Both the position numbers and the translations under genes were made by a program. The notes below the pieces were generated by a model. It searched no databases and was not told where the DNA came from. It saw only the letters and a list, made by a program, of their open reading frames with translations. From NCBI GenBank assembly GCA_029265905.1, contig JAJUGR010000001.1:112118-176117 (forward strand): a stretch of DNA of 64,000 bases. The letters run 5' to 3'. This document shows, piece by piece, positions 28,345 to 39,981 of this stretch (positions within the stretch are counted from its first letter, which is position 1; the number at the start of each line of letters is the position of its first letter). The stretch comes from Sporomusaceae bacterium. GTDB taxonomy: Bacteria > Bacillota > Negativicutes > Acidaminococcales > JAJUGR01.

Positions 28345-28705
28345 GGGAGGTCACCTTCTTATCTTCGTTTGGCAAGACTTGATCGACCAGCTTGCCGGTC
28401 AGGCAGAGGACAACCAGCGTGCTGACCAGGATAGTCAAAACAATAGCGACGCTGTTTTTAAACAGTAAGTCGGCGTAGAGGACCAGGCCGACGCCGATCG
28501 GCACGAAGAACAGCCCCATCTCGCCCAGCAGCGCATCAGCTGCCTGCTCGACGGCCCGCAGCGGGATAAGTCCGGTCGCCAGCGCGGTCGCCAGGAGGAT
28601 AAGGCCGGTCAAAACGCCTGGCAGGGGCAGGTGCAGCCACTGGCTGAGCATTGTGCCGATAAACTGGAAAGCCAGCAGGATTGTAAAGCCCAGGACAAAG
28701 TTCAT
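28337..28705 (-). CDS. lrgA: LrgA/CidA holin-like protein
   Basis: 122 aa with four TM segments. Overlaps the lrgB start. Confidence 0.8.
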   Translation of the reverse strand: MNFVLGFTILLAFQFIGTMLSQWLHLPLPGVLTGLILLATALATGLIPLRAVEQAADALLGEMGLFFVPIGVGLVLYADLLFKNSVAIVLTILVSTLVVLCLTGKLVDQVLPNEDKKVTSHD

Positions 28706-28745
28706 CGGTGCAAGGCTCCTTTCGTAAATCTAATGATTAAAGCCT

Positions 28746-28774
28746 ATTCTAGCGGGCGCGACTGCCTGTGTCAA
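28746..28774 (-). promoter_or_regulatory. Putative sigma-70 promoter of lrgAB (TTGACA-17-TAGAAT on the minus strand)
   Basis: The reverse complement reads ccTTGACAcaggcagtcgcgcccgcTAGAATagg. Confidence 0.5.
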
Positions 28775-28828
28775 GGTTTGGCTTCCCCTTGAAGTTGAAG
28801 CTTTGCTCACGATGCGGGCGGCTAGGAC

Positions 28829-28863
28829 AAAAAAACAACGCCCAACGTGGCTGTTGGACGTTG
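28829..28863 (-). terminator. Rho-independent terminator (minus strand) after the DUF155-like gene
   Basis: On the minus strand: caacgtccaac-agccac-gttgggcgttg followed by TTTTTTT. Confidence 0.75.
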
Positions 28864-28945
28864 TAATGTTATTGCTTAAAAAATTGCCTGTAGAAGCAAT
28901 ATTGCAAAGCAAAGGCGGTTTTTTTACAATAAAAGTATAGCTTGT

Positions 28946-30004
28946 CTACTGCCTGCTGAATTCCCACAACGTTAAAATGATTTCAATCAAGATAAGCAGG
29001 ATGACGGTGAGTTCCATGACCTCCGAACGGCTGGTGACGACTTCGTCGCTAAGCTGGTTGTAGCTGTGCTGGATAATCTCCACCTTTTCGGTGATGCTGC
29101 TTTTCCAGTCGGAGACGCGGAGCAAGCGCAGGTAGACGCCATAGACGCGCGCGTAAAAGACATCCTCCGTCACGCGCAGCGCATTCGTGATGCGGCTGGT
29201 GATTTCCGTAACGTCGGCCATCAACTCCAGCAGGTGGCGGCGGATGCGGCGGTATTTGCCCAGCTTGTTGAAACGCGTCTTTACATTCGCGTCCTCAATC
29301 GCTTCATACATGCTGACAATGCCCTGCTCGAGCAAGCCGTCGTAATAACGCAGCTCAAGGTACTGGGCGTTGGCGAATTCCAGCAAATCGGGAATGTCCA
29401 TGCTGCCGCTTGAGTCGTAGATGAAGGCGGAATCCCAAGCCAGATAAGCCACGTCGTCGGCATAAGACAGCCGGTTGGCGAGCGTCTCCTGGCGGGTTTC
29501 CTCGTTGACCGGATTGCGGTCTCGCAACAATAAGGGGACAATGTCCCAGTCCTTCCATTCGCGGAAGTAGTAAACCGTAAAATCCTCGCCGAACTCCGGC
29601 GGCCGCCGATTAAGCAAGGCGGCGTGGACGGTGTCCAGCACACGTTCGGCAAATTGCTGAATGCGGTCTTCGGGCAGATGGTCCGTGGCAATAGCTAAGT
29701 CCAGGTACTCCTCGTAGGGGATGTCGCGCGGCAAATCCAGGCGCAGCATCAGGCTGATCACACCGAAATCATACAGGTGCGCTTTGGTATCGACCGCGTA
29801 GTTGCGTCCGGCGACCGGCATTTCCTGTGTGCCGAGTTCCACGGTCAGCGGCGGGGCTTTAAAGGCGATTGCCTTCGGGGAGACGCGCGACAGGCGCAGG
29901 CGGGAGGAGATCTGGTTGCTGGCCGTCCACAGCGCCTGGGCTTTGTTGAGGTCGATGTTGTCGGCAACGTCGTAAAGACGATACAACACGATTGTGCAGG
30001 ACAT
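28946..30004 (-). CDS. DUF155 (RMD1/YagE-like) family protein with C-terminal TM helix
   Basis: Single C-terminal helix 'ELTVILLILIEIILTLW'. The central 'LYDFGVISLMLRL' segment resembles DUF155 by recall only. Confidence 0.45.
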   Translation of the reverse strand: MSCTIVLYRLYDVADNIDLNKAQALWTASNQISSRLRLSRVSPKAIAFKAPPLTVELGTQEMPVAGRNYAVDTKAHLYDFGVISLMLRLDLPRDIPYEEYLDLAIATDHLPEDRIQQFAERVLDTVHAALLNRRPPEFGEDFTVYYFREWKDWDIVPLLLRDRNPVNEETRQETLANRLSYADDVAYLAWDSAFIYDSSGSMDIPDLLEFANAQYLELRYYDGLLEQGIVSMYEAIEDANVKTRFNKLGKYRRIRRHLLELMADVTEITSRITNALRVTEDVFYARVYGVYLRLLRVSDWKSSITEKVEIIQHSYNQLSDEVVTSRSEVMELTVILLILIEIILTLWEFSRQ

Positions 30005-30063
30005 ATGTAGTCCTCCTTATATTTGCAGAAAGCATGAAGTCTGTTATGAATATTCTCTCGTGT

Positions 30064-30080
30064 AGCAGGAATTTCCTGCT
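30064..30080. promoter_or_regulatory. 17-bp perfect palindrome AGCAGGAATTTCCTGCT upstream of clpB
   Basis: Read directly. Lies 33 nt upstream of ATG 30113. It is neither a CIRCE nor a CtsR repeat. Confidence 0.3.
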
Positions 30081-30112
30081 CCTTGCGAAACAAAGCTAAA
30101 GAGGTGATTGCG

Positions 30113-32656
<2,544 letters not shown>

Positions 32657-32782
32657 AGATGCGATATCCCCTGTGGGCGGGGGCGGGGTAAATAGTTTCT
32701 TCTGGCTCTTGCTTTTTCTGGCTGGCATGTTAAAATAGACATGTAAGATTCAGTTTAATTTACAAATGAGGAGTGTGCATGC

Positions 32783-33268
32783 ATGAAAAGCGAAAAACTT
32801 GTACAAGCGATCAACGATCAAATTCAGGCAGAACTTTACTCCGCTTACCTGTATCTTGCCATGAGCCTCTATTGCGAAAGCGAAAACTACAAAGGTTTCG
32901 CCCACTGGCTGAAAAAGCAATATGAAGAAGAAACCAGCCATGCGATGAAATTCATGGCGCATTTGAGTGAGCGCGGTGCAACGGTGGCCCTGCAAAAAAT
33001 CGAGGCGCCGGCTGCGAAGTTTGGCACGCCCGTGGAACTGTTTGCGGAAGTGCTGAAGCACGAACAGTATGTGACCAGCCGCATTCATGCCTTGTATGCG
33101 CTGGCGCAGCAAGAAAAAGATTACGCGGCGGAAATCATGCTGCAATGGTTTGTCAAAGAGCAAGTTGAGGAAGAAGCCTCCGCGGCGGAAATCCTGGCGA
33201 TGCTGAAAATGGCCGGGGACAACAAAGGGGCGATTTTCTTCATCAACGGCGAACTTGGCAAGCGTTAA
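32783..33268 (+). CDS. ftn: Non-haem ferritin
   Basis: 'LYSAYLYLAMSLY...EEETSHAMKF' ferroxidase-centre pattern. 161 aa. Confidence 0.85.
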   Translation: MKSEKLVQAINDQIQAELYSAYLYLAMSLYCESENYKGFAHWLKKQYEEETSHAMKFMAHLSERGATVALQKIEAPAAKFGTPVELFAEVLKHEQYVTSRIHALYALAQQEKDYAAEIMLQWFVKEQVEEEASAAEILAMLKMAGDNKGAIFFINGELGKR

Positions 33269-33282
33269 GAAACGAGGACAAA

Positions 33283-33313
33283 ATAGCCGCCGGCTCATTG
33301 AGCCGGCGGCTAT
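33283..33313. terminator. Bidirectional terminator between ferritin and the binding-protein gene
   Basis: 14-bp stem atagccgccggctc / gagccggcggctat. Confidence 0.85.
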
Positions 33314-33314
33314 T

Positions 33315-34223
33315 TCACTTTTTGGCGGGAAGCAGCCCGCGGCTGCTTAAAAACTTTCTGGCAACTTCGGCGACCGGTTGTTGCTGTTGGTCAACCTGGT
33401 GGTTGAGCTGCTGCATATCGGCATCCGATAATTGTCCGGCCAGCTTGTTCAACACAGGCTCGAGTTCCGGGTATTGGCGCAGCGTCTCCATGCGCGCCAG
33501 CGTGGCGGCCTGATAGGCTGGGAAAAAGTGCTTGTCGTCGGCCAGAACGGTCAACTCGTTGGCGGCCAGCAGGCCGTCCGTGGCAAAGGTGTTGACGACG
33601 TCGACCCGTTCGTCGACGAGGGCTTCGTATCGCGGCCCGATGTCCATTTGCTTTTTGTCTTTGAAGTTCAAGCCGTACGCTTTGACAAGGCTGTTAAATC
33701 CGTCGGGACTCATATAAAAATCCAGGTTGGCCGCGAAGACGAGCGAGGGAGCGTGTGGGGCGAGGTCCGATATGGTGCGCAGCCGGCGGGCCTTGGCTAG
33801 GGAGGCGTTGACGGCAATCGCGGAGGTGTTGTTGAAGCCGTAGGGCTGCAGCCACTTGAGGCGGTATTGCCTGTTGAAGGCTTCCTGAACGAGTTGATAC
33901 GCTTTTGCGGCGTCTTTTTGCGGCGGCTGGTTCAGCAGCATGACGAGGCCCGTTCCCGTGTATTCCGGGTACAGGTCGATGCTGCCGGCTTTGAGCAGGT
34001 CAAAAGCGACGAGCGTGTTGCTGAGGTTGAACTTGCGCTCGACTTTAATTTTTGTGTGCGCCTCCGTCAACTGGGCCAGCATTTCAGCCAGCAGGACATT
34101 TTCCGTAAAAGGCTTCGAGCCGATGGCGATTTGCTTGCTGCTGAAGGGGGAACAACCGGCCGGCAGCAGGCCAATCAGCAGCAAACATAAAAGCAGGGCG
34201 GCATATTTACAGCGGCGGGACAT
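33315..34223 (-). CDS. Glycine betaine/choline-type ABC substrate-binding lipoprotein (OpuAC/OpuBC family)
   Basis: Lipobox 'LLPAGC'. AAGGAG RBS lies 8 nt before ATG 34223. 'DLYPEYTGTGL' family motif. Confidence 0.75.
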   Translation of the reverse strand: MSRRCKYAALLLCLLLIGLLPAGCSPFSSKQIAIGSKPFTENVLLAEMLAQLTEAHTKIKVERKFNLSNTLVAFDLLKAGSIDLYPEYTGTGLVMLLNQPPQKDAAKAYQLVQEAFNRQYRLKWLQPYGFNNTSAIAVNASLAKARRLRTISDLAPHAPSLVFAANLDFYMSPDGFNSLVKAYGLNFKDKKQMDIGPRYEALVDERVDVVNTFATDGLLAANELTVLADDKHFFPAYQAATLARMETLRQYPELEPVLNKLAGQLSDADMQQLNHQVDQQQQPVAEVARKFLSSRGLLPAKK

Positions 34224-34417
34224 AAAAGACACTCCTTGCGGCACTCATTTAGCCAGGCTGGTTTGCCCAGCGAGACCATAGAACTAAATTGGACAAAGAA
34301 AGGAAAAAACCTTTCTTTGGGCAGGTTTATTTGCGTGAAAAGCGAATATCAATAAAGAAATTGGGGTATAATGAAAACCTAATCCTTGTGGCGATAAAAA
34401 AGTGGCGAGGTGGCAGC

Positions 34418-34789
34418 ATGATTATTGGCATCGGTGTTGATATTATCGAGCTGGAGAGAATTGAGAAGGCCTTGCAGGGGCATGCCTTTGCCGCGCGCAT
34501 TTTTCACACGGATGAATGCGCTTATTGTGAGGCGAGGGGGAAGCAGAAAGTCGCTTCTTATGCCGCCCGCTTTGCCGCCAAGGAGGCTTTTGTCAAAGCG
34601 CTCGGCACGGGCTTTTGCGGCGGAACTCCGGCTGACATCGAGGTGCGGCGCGAAGAGGGCGGACGCCCGGAAATCGTGCTTTACGGCGCTTACCGCGAAG
34701 CGGCGGAGGCAAAACACATTACCAACATCCATTTGTCTTTGAGCCATTCGCGTCAATATGCCATCGCACAGGTAATTTTGGAGGCGTAA
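34418..34789 (+). CDS. acpS: Holo-[acyl-carrier-protein] synthase
   Basis: 'MIIGIGVDIIELERI' N-terminus and 'FAAKEAFVKALG' motif. Confidence 0.9.
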   Translation: MIIGIGVDIIELERIEKALQGHAFAARIFHTDECAYCEARGKQKVASYAARFAAKEAFVKALGTGFCGGTPADIEVRREEGGRPEIVLYGAYREAAEAKHITNIHLSLSHSRQYAIAQVILEA

Positions 34790-34792
34790 TAA

Positions 34793-36355
34793 ATGAACAT
34801 AGCGACTAGAGAAGAAATGCGGCGTCTGGACAAAATGGCGCTTGATAAATTGGGGTTGTCCGGTCTGGTGCTGATGGAAAATGCCGGACGGGCGGTGGCG
34901 GACGGGGTGAAGGCGACGCTCGGCTGCGTGGCGGGCCGGCGCGTATTTGTTTTGGCCGGCAAGGGCAACAACGGCGGCGACGGCTTGGTGGCCGCCCGGC
35001 ATTTGGAAAATGACGGGGCGCATGTGCGGGTTTTTTTATTTGGCACGCCGGATGAATTGTCGCCCGATGCCAAGGTCAATCATCGCATTTTGACGGCGGC
35101 CGGCGGCGAAGTGTTGGTCGTCCGGGAGGAACGCGACTGGCAGCGGGTGAAAATGGCGCTGCCGTTTGCGGACTGCCTGGTCGATGCGTTGGTCGGGACG
35201 GGCGCCCAGGGGGCTTTGAGCGGTGCTGTTGAACGGGCCGCTAAACTGCTGAATGAAGCGCAGCGGCCGGTGGTAGCGGTTGATATCCCCAGCGGCGTTG
35301 ACGCCAATACCGGTCTTGTGTCGGGGCCCGCAGTACGGGCGCAGCGCACGGTTACGCTGGCCTTGCCCAAGCCCGGCCTGTTGCTGCAGCCGGGAGCCGG
35401 TTACGCCGGCGAACTGGCGGTGGCTGACATCGGCATCCCGGCGCGGCTGACGGCGGAACTGGCTTTGCGGCGGCATGTGGTGGAAAATAACTGGGTGCGG
35501 GAAGTGCTGCCGAAGCGCCGTGTGACTGACCATAAGGGGGATGCCGGCCGCGTGCTGGTGGTAGCCGGGTCGCGCGGTTTGACCGGCGCCGCCGTGTTGA
35601 GCGCCACGGCCGCCGCGCGGAGCGGGGCCGGCTTGGTAACGGCCGCTGTCCCGCGCTCGCTTGAATTGCTGGTGGCGGGCAAGCTGACCGAGGTAATGAC
35701 GCTTGGCCTGCCGGATCAAGGGGAGGGAGCCGGCTTGGTCGACGCTGCGGTGGAAACGGTGCTGGCGAAAGCGGCCCAGTCGGATGTGGTGGCGTTGGGA
35801 CCGGGACTGGGGCGGGAAGCGGGCACCCAGTCGGTCGTCCGTCAACTGCTTCAGCAGGCGGCCTGCCCGCTTGTTTTGGATGCCGACGCCCTGTTTGCGA
35901 TCGCCAACGAGCCGCACCTGCTGGGGAAGGCGGCGGCCGTGCCGGTTATAACGCCGCATCCGGGAGAAATGGCGCGGTTTTGGGGGATGAAGGCGGCGGA
36001 GATCAACGAGAATCGGTTGGCGGTAGCGCAGCAGGCGGCGGAGGAATGGGGCGCGATTGTCGTTTTAAAGGGTGCCCCGACCGTCATTGCTTATCCGGAC
36101 GGTGAGGTGTTTGTCAACCCGACCGGCGGTCCGGCGCTGGCAAGCGGCGGAACCGGCGACGTGCTGACTGGCGTGATCGCCGCTTTCATTGCGCAGGGAA
36201 TGACGAGCCACCAGGCGGCTGTCGCCGGTGTGTATGTGCATGGCCTGGCGGGTCAAATCCTGGCGCGATCCGGCGACCTGGGCGTCTTGGCCGGTGATGT
36301 TGCCGCTTGTTTGCCGGCGGCTCTGGCAGGAATATTAGGGCAGTGTGGCGAATGA
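34793..36355 (+). CDS. nnr: Bifunctional NAD(P)H-hydrate repair enzyme (epimerase + ADP-dependent dehydratase)
   Basis: YjeF_N region ('AGKGNNGGDG') plus a carbohydrate-kinase-like C-terminus ('GGTGDVLTG'). Confidence 0.9.
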   Translation: MNIATREEMRRLDKMALDKLGLSGLVLMENAGRAVADGVKATLGCVAGRRVFVLAGKGNNGGDGLVAARHLENDGAHVRVFLFGTPDELSPDAKVNHRILTAAGGEVLVVREERDWQRVKMALPFADCLVDALVGTGAQGALSGAVERAAKLLNEAQRPVVAVDIPSGVDANTGLVSGPAVRAQRTVTLALPKPGLLLQPGAGYAGELAVADIGIPARLTAELALRRHVVENNWVREVLPKRRVTDHKGDAGRVLVVAGSRGLTGAAVLSATAAARSGAGLVTAAVPRSLELLVAGKLTEVMTLGLPDQGEGAGLVDAAVETVLAKAAQSDVVALGPGLGREAGTQSVVRQLLQQAACPLVLDADALFAIANEPHLLGKAAAVPVITPHPGEMARFWGMKAAEINENRLAVAQQAAEEWGAIVVLKGAPTVIAYPDGEVFVNPTGGPALASGGTGDVLTGVIAAFIAQGMTSHQAAVAGVYVHGLAGQILARSGDLGVLAGDVAACLPAALAGILGQCGE

Positions 36356-36426
36356 AGGAAAATGGATGTTGTGAGGCTTTAGTTGCGTTATTGCAATTTT
36401 TATGATGTAACGGCGGGAGTGACGAC

Positions 36427-36717
36427 ATGAACGGGCAAAAGTATGTGACGATTTGTATTCCGGAGGAGTTGCTGCGCGCGATCGATACGGCGGCGGAGTC
36501 GGAAAAGTTATCACGCAACGAATGCGTGGAGCGCGCCATGTCCTGGTATTTGCTCAGCATCCGGCGCCGGGAGCGCTTCTGCGTGATGCGCCGCGGCTAT
36601 CAGGAAATGGGCCGCCTCAACCTGACGATGGCGGAAGAATGCCTGCCGGCAGAGTGCGAATGTGAATGCCTGACCCCTTCGCACGACGGTGCCGCCTGGC
36701 TGAGGGAGCTGAAATGA
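36427..36717 (+). CDS. mazE: Ribbon-helix-helix antitoxin of the EndoAI/MazE type
   Basis: Resembles B. subtilis NdoAI ('[18 protein letters not shown]...ECE'). Its stop overlaps the mazF start. Confidence 0.8.
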   Translation: MNGQKYVTICIPEELLRAIDTAAESEKLSRNECVERAMSWYLLSIRRRERFCVMRRGYQEMGRLNLTMAEECLPAECECECLTPSHDGAAWLRELK

Positions 36718-37061
36718 TTAGGCGAGGGGACATCTATTATGCCAACTTAAGTCCGGTGGTCGGTTCCGAACAGGGCGGCCACAGACCGGTGCTGGTGGTG
36801 CAAAACGATGTGGGCAATCGTTACAGCCCCACGGTGATCGTGGCGGCGATCACTTCGCAGATTGCCAAGGCGAAGCTGCCGACCCATGTTGAACTGCCGG
36901 CGGATGAAAAAAAAATCGGCAAGGACTCCGTGATTTTGCTGGAACAGATCCGCACGATTGACAAGCGCCGCCTTAAGGAAAAAGTGGCGACGCTGGATAA
37001 GCAGACCATGGAAAAAGTGGACATTGCGCTGCGGATTAGTCTGGGATTAGTGGAATTTTAA
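36714..37061 (+). CDS. mazF: Type II toxin mRNA interferase MazF/EndoA
   Basis: Near-colinear with B. subtilis EndoA ('[30 protein letters not shown]'). Confidence 0.93.
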   Translation: MIRRGDIYYANLSPVVGSEQGGHRPVLVVQNDVGNRYSPTVIVAAITSQIAKAKLPTHVELPADEKKIGKDSVILLEQIRTIDKRRLKEKVATLDKQTMEKVDIALRISLGLVEF

Positions 37062-37085
37062 AATAGTGGCCGGGGGGACTTCTTT

Positions 37086-37967
37086 GTGAAACAAATAATG
37101 CGTTTGACGACGGCCTTCTTGATGATGGTCGTCCTTTTTATCACTGGCTGTGCAAGCGAGACGAAAAAAGCGGCGCCGGCGGCCGGTTTGTCTAACGGCG
37201 GGCTTGTCGTGCGCATGCTGGATGTGGGGCAGGGTGACGCCTTGCTGATCCAGCACGGCGGGGAGACGGCGCTGGTCGACAGCGGCGACGTGGGGGCGCG
37301 CGACAAATTGATTGCCCAACTGAAAAAAGCTGGCGTGCAAAAAATCGACAAGCTCATTGTGACCCACGCGCATGCCGACCACATCGGAGGTCTGGAGGCG
37401 GTGTTCGCCAACTTCTCCGTCGGCGAGGTCTATGACAGCGCCATTCCAGGGTCAACGAAGCTCTACCGGGACTACCTGAAAACCGTTAAAGAGAAAAAAA
37501 TTCCTTTCCATGCCGCAAAAGATGGCGTGAATATCTCCGTGGGCGCGGCGCACATCGCGTTCTTCAGCCTGCCGTCGCCGATCCAGGAGGAGGGCAAGCC
37601 TGACCTCAACAACAACAGCGCTGTTTTCCGTTTGCAGTTGGGCGAGTTCAGCATGCTTTTCACCGGCGATATCGAACAGGCGGCGGAAGAAAAACTGATC
37701 GGGCGCTATGGATCGAAGCTGGCCAGCAAGGTGCTGAAGGTGGCGCACCACGGCAGCCGCACCTCCACCTCGACCGAGTTTTTGCGGACGGTAAAGCCGG
37801 AGACGGCGCTCATCAGCCTGGGCGCGGGCAATGACTACGGTCACCCGCATCAGGCGGCCATCCGGCGTCTTGAGCAAAGCAAAGCGAAGGTTTTTCGCAC
37901 GGACCAAAACGGTACGATAGCGATTGAAGCGGACGGCAAGCAGTACCAGGTGAAAGGGGAAAAATAG
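37086..37967 (+). CDS. MBL-fold metallo-hydrolase lipoprotein (ComEC C-terminal-domain-like)
   Basis: Lipobox 'FITGC', metal motif 'THAHADHIGG', and 'KVAHHGSR'. Confidence 0.8.
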   Translation: MKQIMRLTTAFLMMVVLFITGCASETKKAAPAAGLSNGGLVVRMLDVGQGDALLIQHGGETALVDSGDVGARDKLIAQLKKAGVQKIDKLIVTHAHADHIGGLEAVFANFSVGEVYDSAIPGSTKLYRDYLKTVKEKKIPFHAAKDGVNISVGAAHIAFFSLPSPIQEEGKPDLNNNSAVFRLQLGEFSMLFTGDIEQAAEEKLIGRYGSKLASKVLKVAHHGSRTSTSTEFLRTVKPETALISLGAGNDYGHPHQAAIRRLEQSKAKVFRTDQNGTIAIEADGKQYQVKGEK

Positions 37968-37968
37968 C

Positions 37969-38190
37969 ATGAAATTGACGGCGATTGTTGACCGGATTGA
38001 GGAGCAATACGCGGTGTTGCTGGTGGGCGAGGCGGAAACAAGCGTCAATTGGCCGGTGGCTTTGCTGCCTGAACCGGTGCGCGAAGGCGACGTGCTGACG
38101 GTGGAATGGCAGCATGACCTAGAGGAAACAAAGAAAGTGCGGGATGAGGCGGCTTCGCTGTTGGCGGAGCTGCTGGGCGAAAATAAGTAA
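37969..38190 (+). CDS. DUF3006 family small protein
   Basis: 73 aa with 'AIVDRIEEQYAVLLV...EGDVL'. From recall, this family usually pairs with the MBL lipoprotein. Confidence 0.6.
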   Translation: MKLTAIVDRIEEQYAVLLVGEAETSVNWPVALLPEPVREGDVLTVEWQHDLEETKKVRDEAASLLAELLGENK

Positions 38191-38299
38191 GCTGCTATTG
38201 CGACGTTACTGTTCGATAGTAGTTCTCAATTGCCTGGCCTTTTCTGGCGTGGTAGAATGAAGGGGCGAGGAACGCCGTTCCTGGGGAAGGGGGATCTTT

Positions 38300-39352
38300 G
38301 TGCTCCGCAAAATTGTGTGTTTGCTAATGATCTTCATCGGCCTGGGGCTGCCCGGCGCTGAGGCGGCCAGCTCTGAATTGACGAGTATCCGCTGGTCCGT
38401 TCATAACAATAAAAACGATGGTTCCCGCATGCTCCGGCTGGTCATTGACGCCACCGCGCCGGTGACGGCGGCGACGGAGTTTGTCGATGGCGCGACGCCG
38501 CAGTTGAAGGTGACGATTAAGGGCGCCATTCCGGGCGCCGGTTTTGGCTACGTAGCATTGAAAAGCGAGCTGGTGCAGGGCGTGGTCGGCAAGCGGGCCC
38601 CCTACGACAGCAGCCAATTGGTGATTTCCCTCAGCCGCGCGCTTGACCCAAGTGAGTATAAGGTGTTCGTGTTGAAAAAAGATCCGCAGAACAAAAAGCC
38701 TGACCGGGTTGTCATTGACCTGTTTGAGATACCGGAAGCGAAATTCTCCGTTTCACCCGGTTTGGAGGATAAAACGATTGTGATTGATCCGGGCCACGGC
38801 GGTTCGGACCCCGGCGCGATTGGGCCCAATCGGGTCTATGAAAAGTCGGTAACGCTGGCCATTGCCAAGCGCGTCGAGGCGCTGCTTGAGCAAAAAGGCG
38901 CTTCGGTTGTGCTGACGCGCGACAACGATCGCGACGTCTATCCGGGAACTGATGCCACCGACGCGCAGGAACTGCAAGCCCGCGTCAATGTGGCGGTTAA
39001 GGAAAAAGCGGATGTTTTTGTCAGCATTCATGCCAATGCCGCCGTTGATCGTACGGCCAGCGGCACGGCCACTTACTATACGGCCAAGACCGCATATGAC
39101 CTGCGCCTGGCACAGGCGCTGCAGCGCGGCATGGTGCTTGCGGGCGGCCTGGAGGACGATGGCGTGCGCCAGGCGGGTTTTTATGTGACGAAACGCAGCC
39201 GGATTCCTGCGGCGTTGGTGGAAACGGCCTTCCTCTCCAACCCGCGTGAAGAACAGTTGCTGAATTCCCCTGCCTTCCAACAAAAGATCGCGGTTGGCAT
39301 CGTAAATGGTCTGGAGGAGTATTTTTCCAGCGCGACCGGGGGTGATAAGTGA
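38300..39352 (+). CDS. N-acetylmuramoyl-L-alanine amidase with N-terminal AMIN-like domain
   Basis: Signal peptide, 'RVVIDLFE' AMIN-like end, and Amidase_3 'VIDPGHGGSDPGA'. GTG start. Confidence 0.85.
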   Translation: MLRKIVCLLMIFIGLGLPGAEAASSELTSIRWSVHNNKNDGSRMLRLVIDATAPVTAATEFVDGATPQLKVTIKGAIPGAGFGYVALKSELVQGVVGKRAPYDSSQLVISLSRALDPSEYKVFVLKKDPQNKKPDRVVIDLFEIPEAKFSVSPGLEDKTIVIDPGHGGSDPGAIGPNRVYEKSVTLAIAKRVEALLEQKGASVVLTRDNDRDVYPGTDATDAQELQARVNVAVKEKADVFVSIHANAAVDRTASGTATYYTAKTAYDLRLAQALQRGMVLAGGLEDDGVRQAGFYVTKRSRIPAALVETAFLSNPREEQLLNSPAFQQKIAVGIVNGLEEYFSSATGGDK

Positions 39353-39927
39353 TGAGGACAAAGCGCCAGCTGTTGACAGCTTGTTCCCTCTTGCTGCTGG
39401 TTTTGCTGCTGTTTATGACGGCGGGGTGCGATCAGCAACAGCCGCCTGCGCCGGGGAAAACGCCGCCTGCGGCGCAACAGCCCGCACCGGCGGAAAAGCC
39501 GGTGGCCAAGGAGCGGACGTACGTCTTGTATCGCGCTGACGCCAAGGCGGGCAAGCTTGTTGCCGAGGCGGTTAAGCGTCCGGACAGCGACCAGCCGGAA
39601 AAACGGGCGCTGGAGCTGCTGTTGTCGGAGCCGCCGGCTGACGCGCGCCTGTACAGCGTGATGCCGAAAGATGTGCGATTGTTGGGCTTGACGATTCGTG
39701 ACAAAGTAGCGTATGCTGATTTTAGCAAGGAATTGAAAACGAATGCTTTAGGCGGCGCTGCCTACGAACTGCTGTTGGTCAACGGTGTTGTGAACACCTT
39801 GACCGAGTTCAAGTCGGTTGAACGAGTGCAGTTTCTTGTTAATGGACGCGCTATAGCGACAATTAATGGACATCTTGATCTTACGGAGCCAGTGGCCCGT
39901 GACGAGAGCATGATTAAACGACCATAA
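39349..39927 (+). CDS. GerMN domain lipoprotein
   Basis: Lipobox 'MTAGC', Pro/Ala linker, and a GerMN-like C-terminus ('VQFLVNGRAIATINGHLDL'). Confidence 0.7.
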   Translation: MMRTKRQLLTACSLLLLVLLLFMTAGCDQQQPPAPGKTPPAAQQPAPAEKPVAKERTYVLYRADAKAGKLVAEAVKRPDSDQPEKRALELLLSEPPADARLYSVMPKDVRLLGLTIRDKVAYADFSKELKTNALGGAAYELLLVNGVVNTLTEFKSVERVQFLVNGRAIATINGHLDLTEPVARDESMIKRP

Positions 39928-39966
39928 AAAAAGCGCGCATCACCGAGGTGATACGCGCTTTTTTTA
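39926..39966. terminator. Bidirectional terminator between the GerMN gene and alr
   Basis: Stem aaagcgcgcatcac / gtgatacgcgcttt (one mismatch) flanked by A and T runs. Confidence 0.8.
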
Positions 39967-39981
39967 TCCAGCGGCTGCCGA

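Noticed and set aside
28730-28912. 60-aa minus-strand ORF between lrgA and the DUF155-like gene
   Set aside because: The region is better explained by a terminator (28829-28863) and the lrgAB promoter (28746-28774). The ORF has no RBS.
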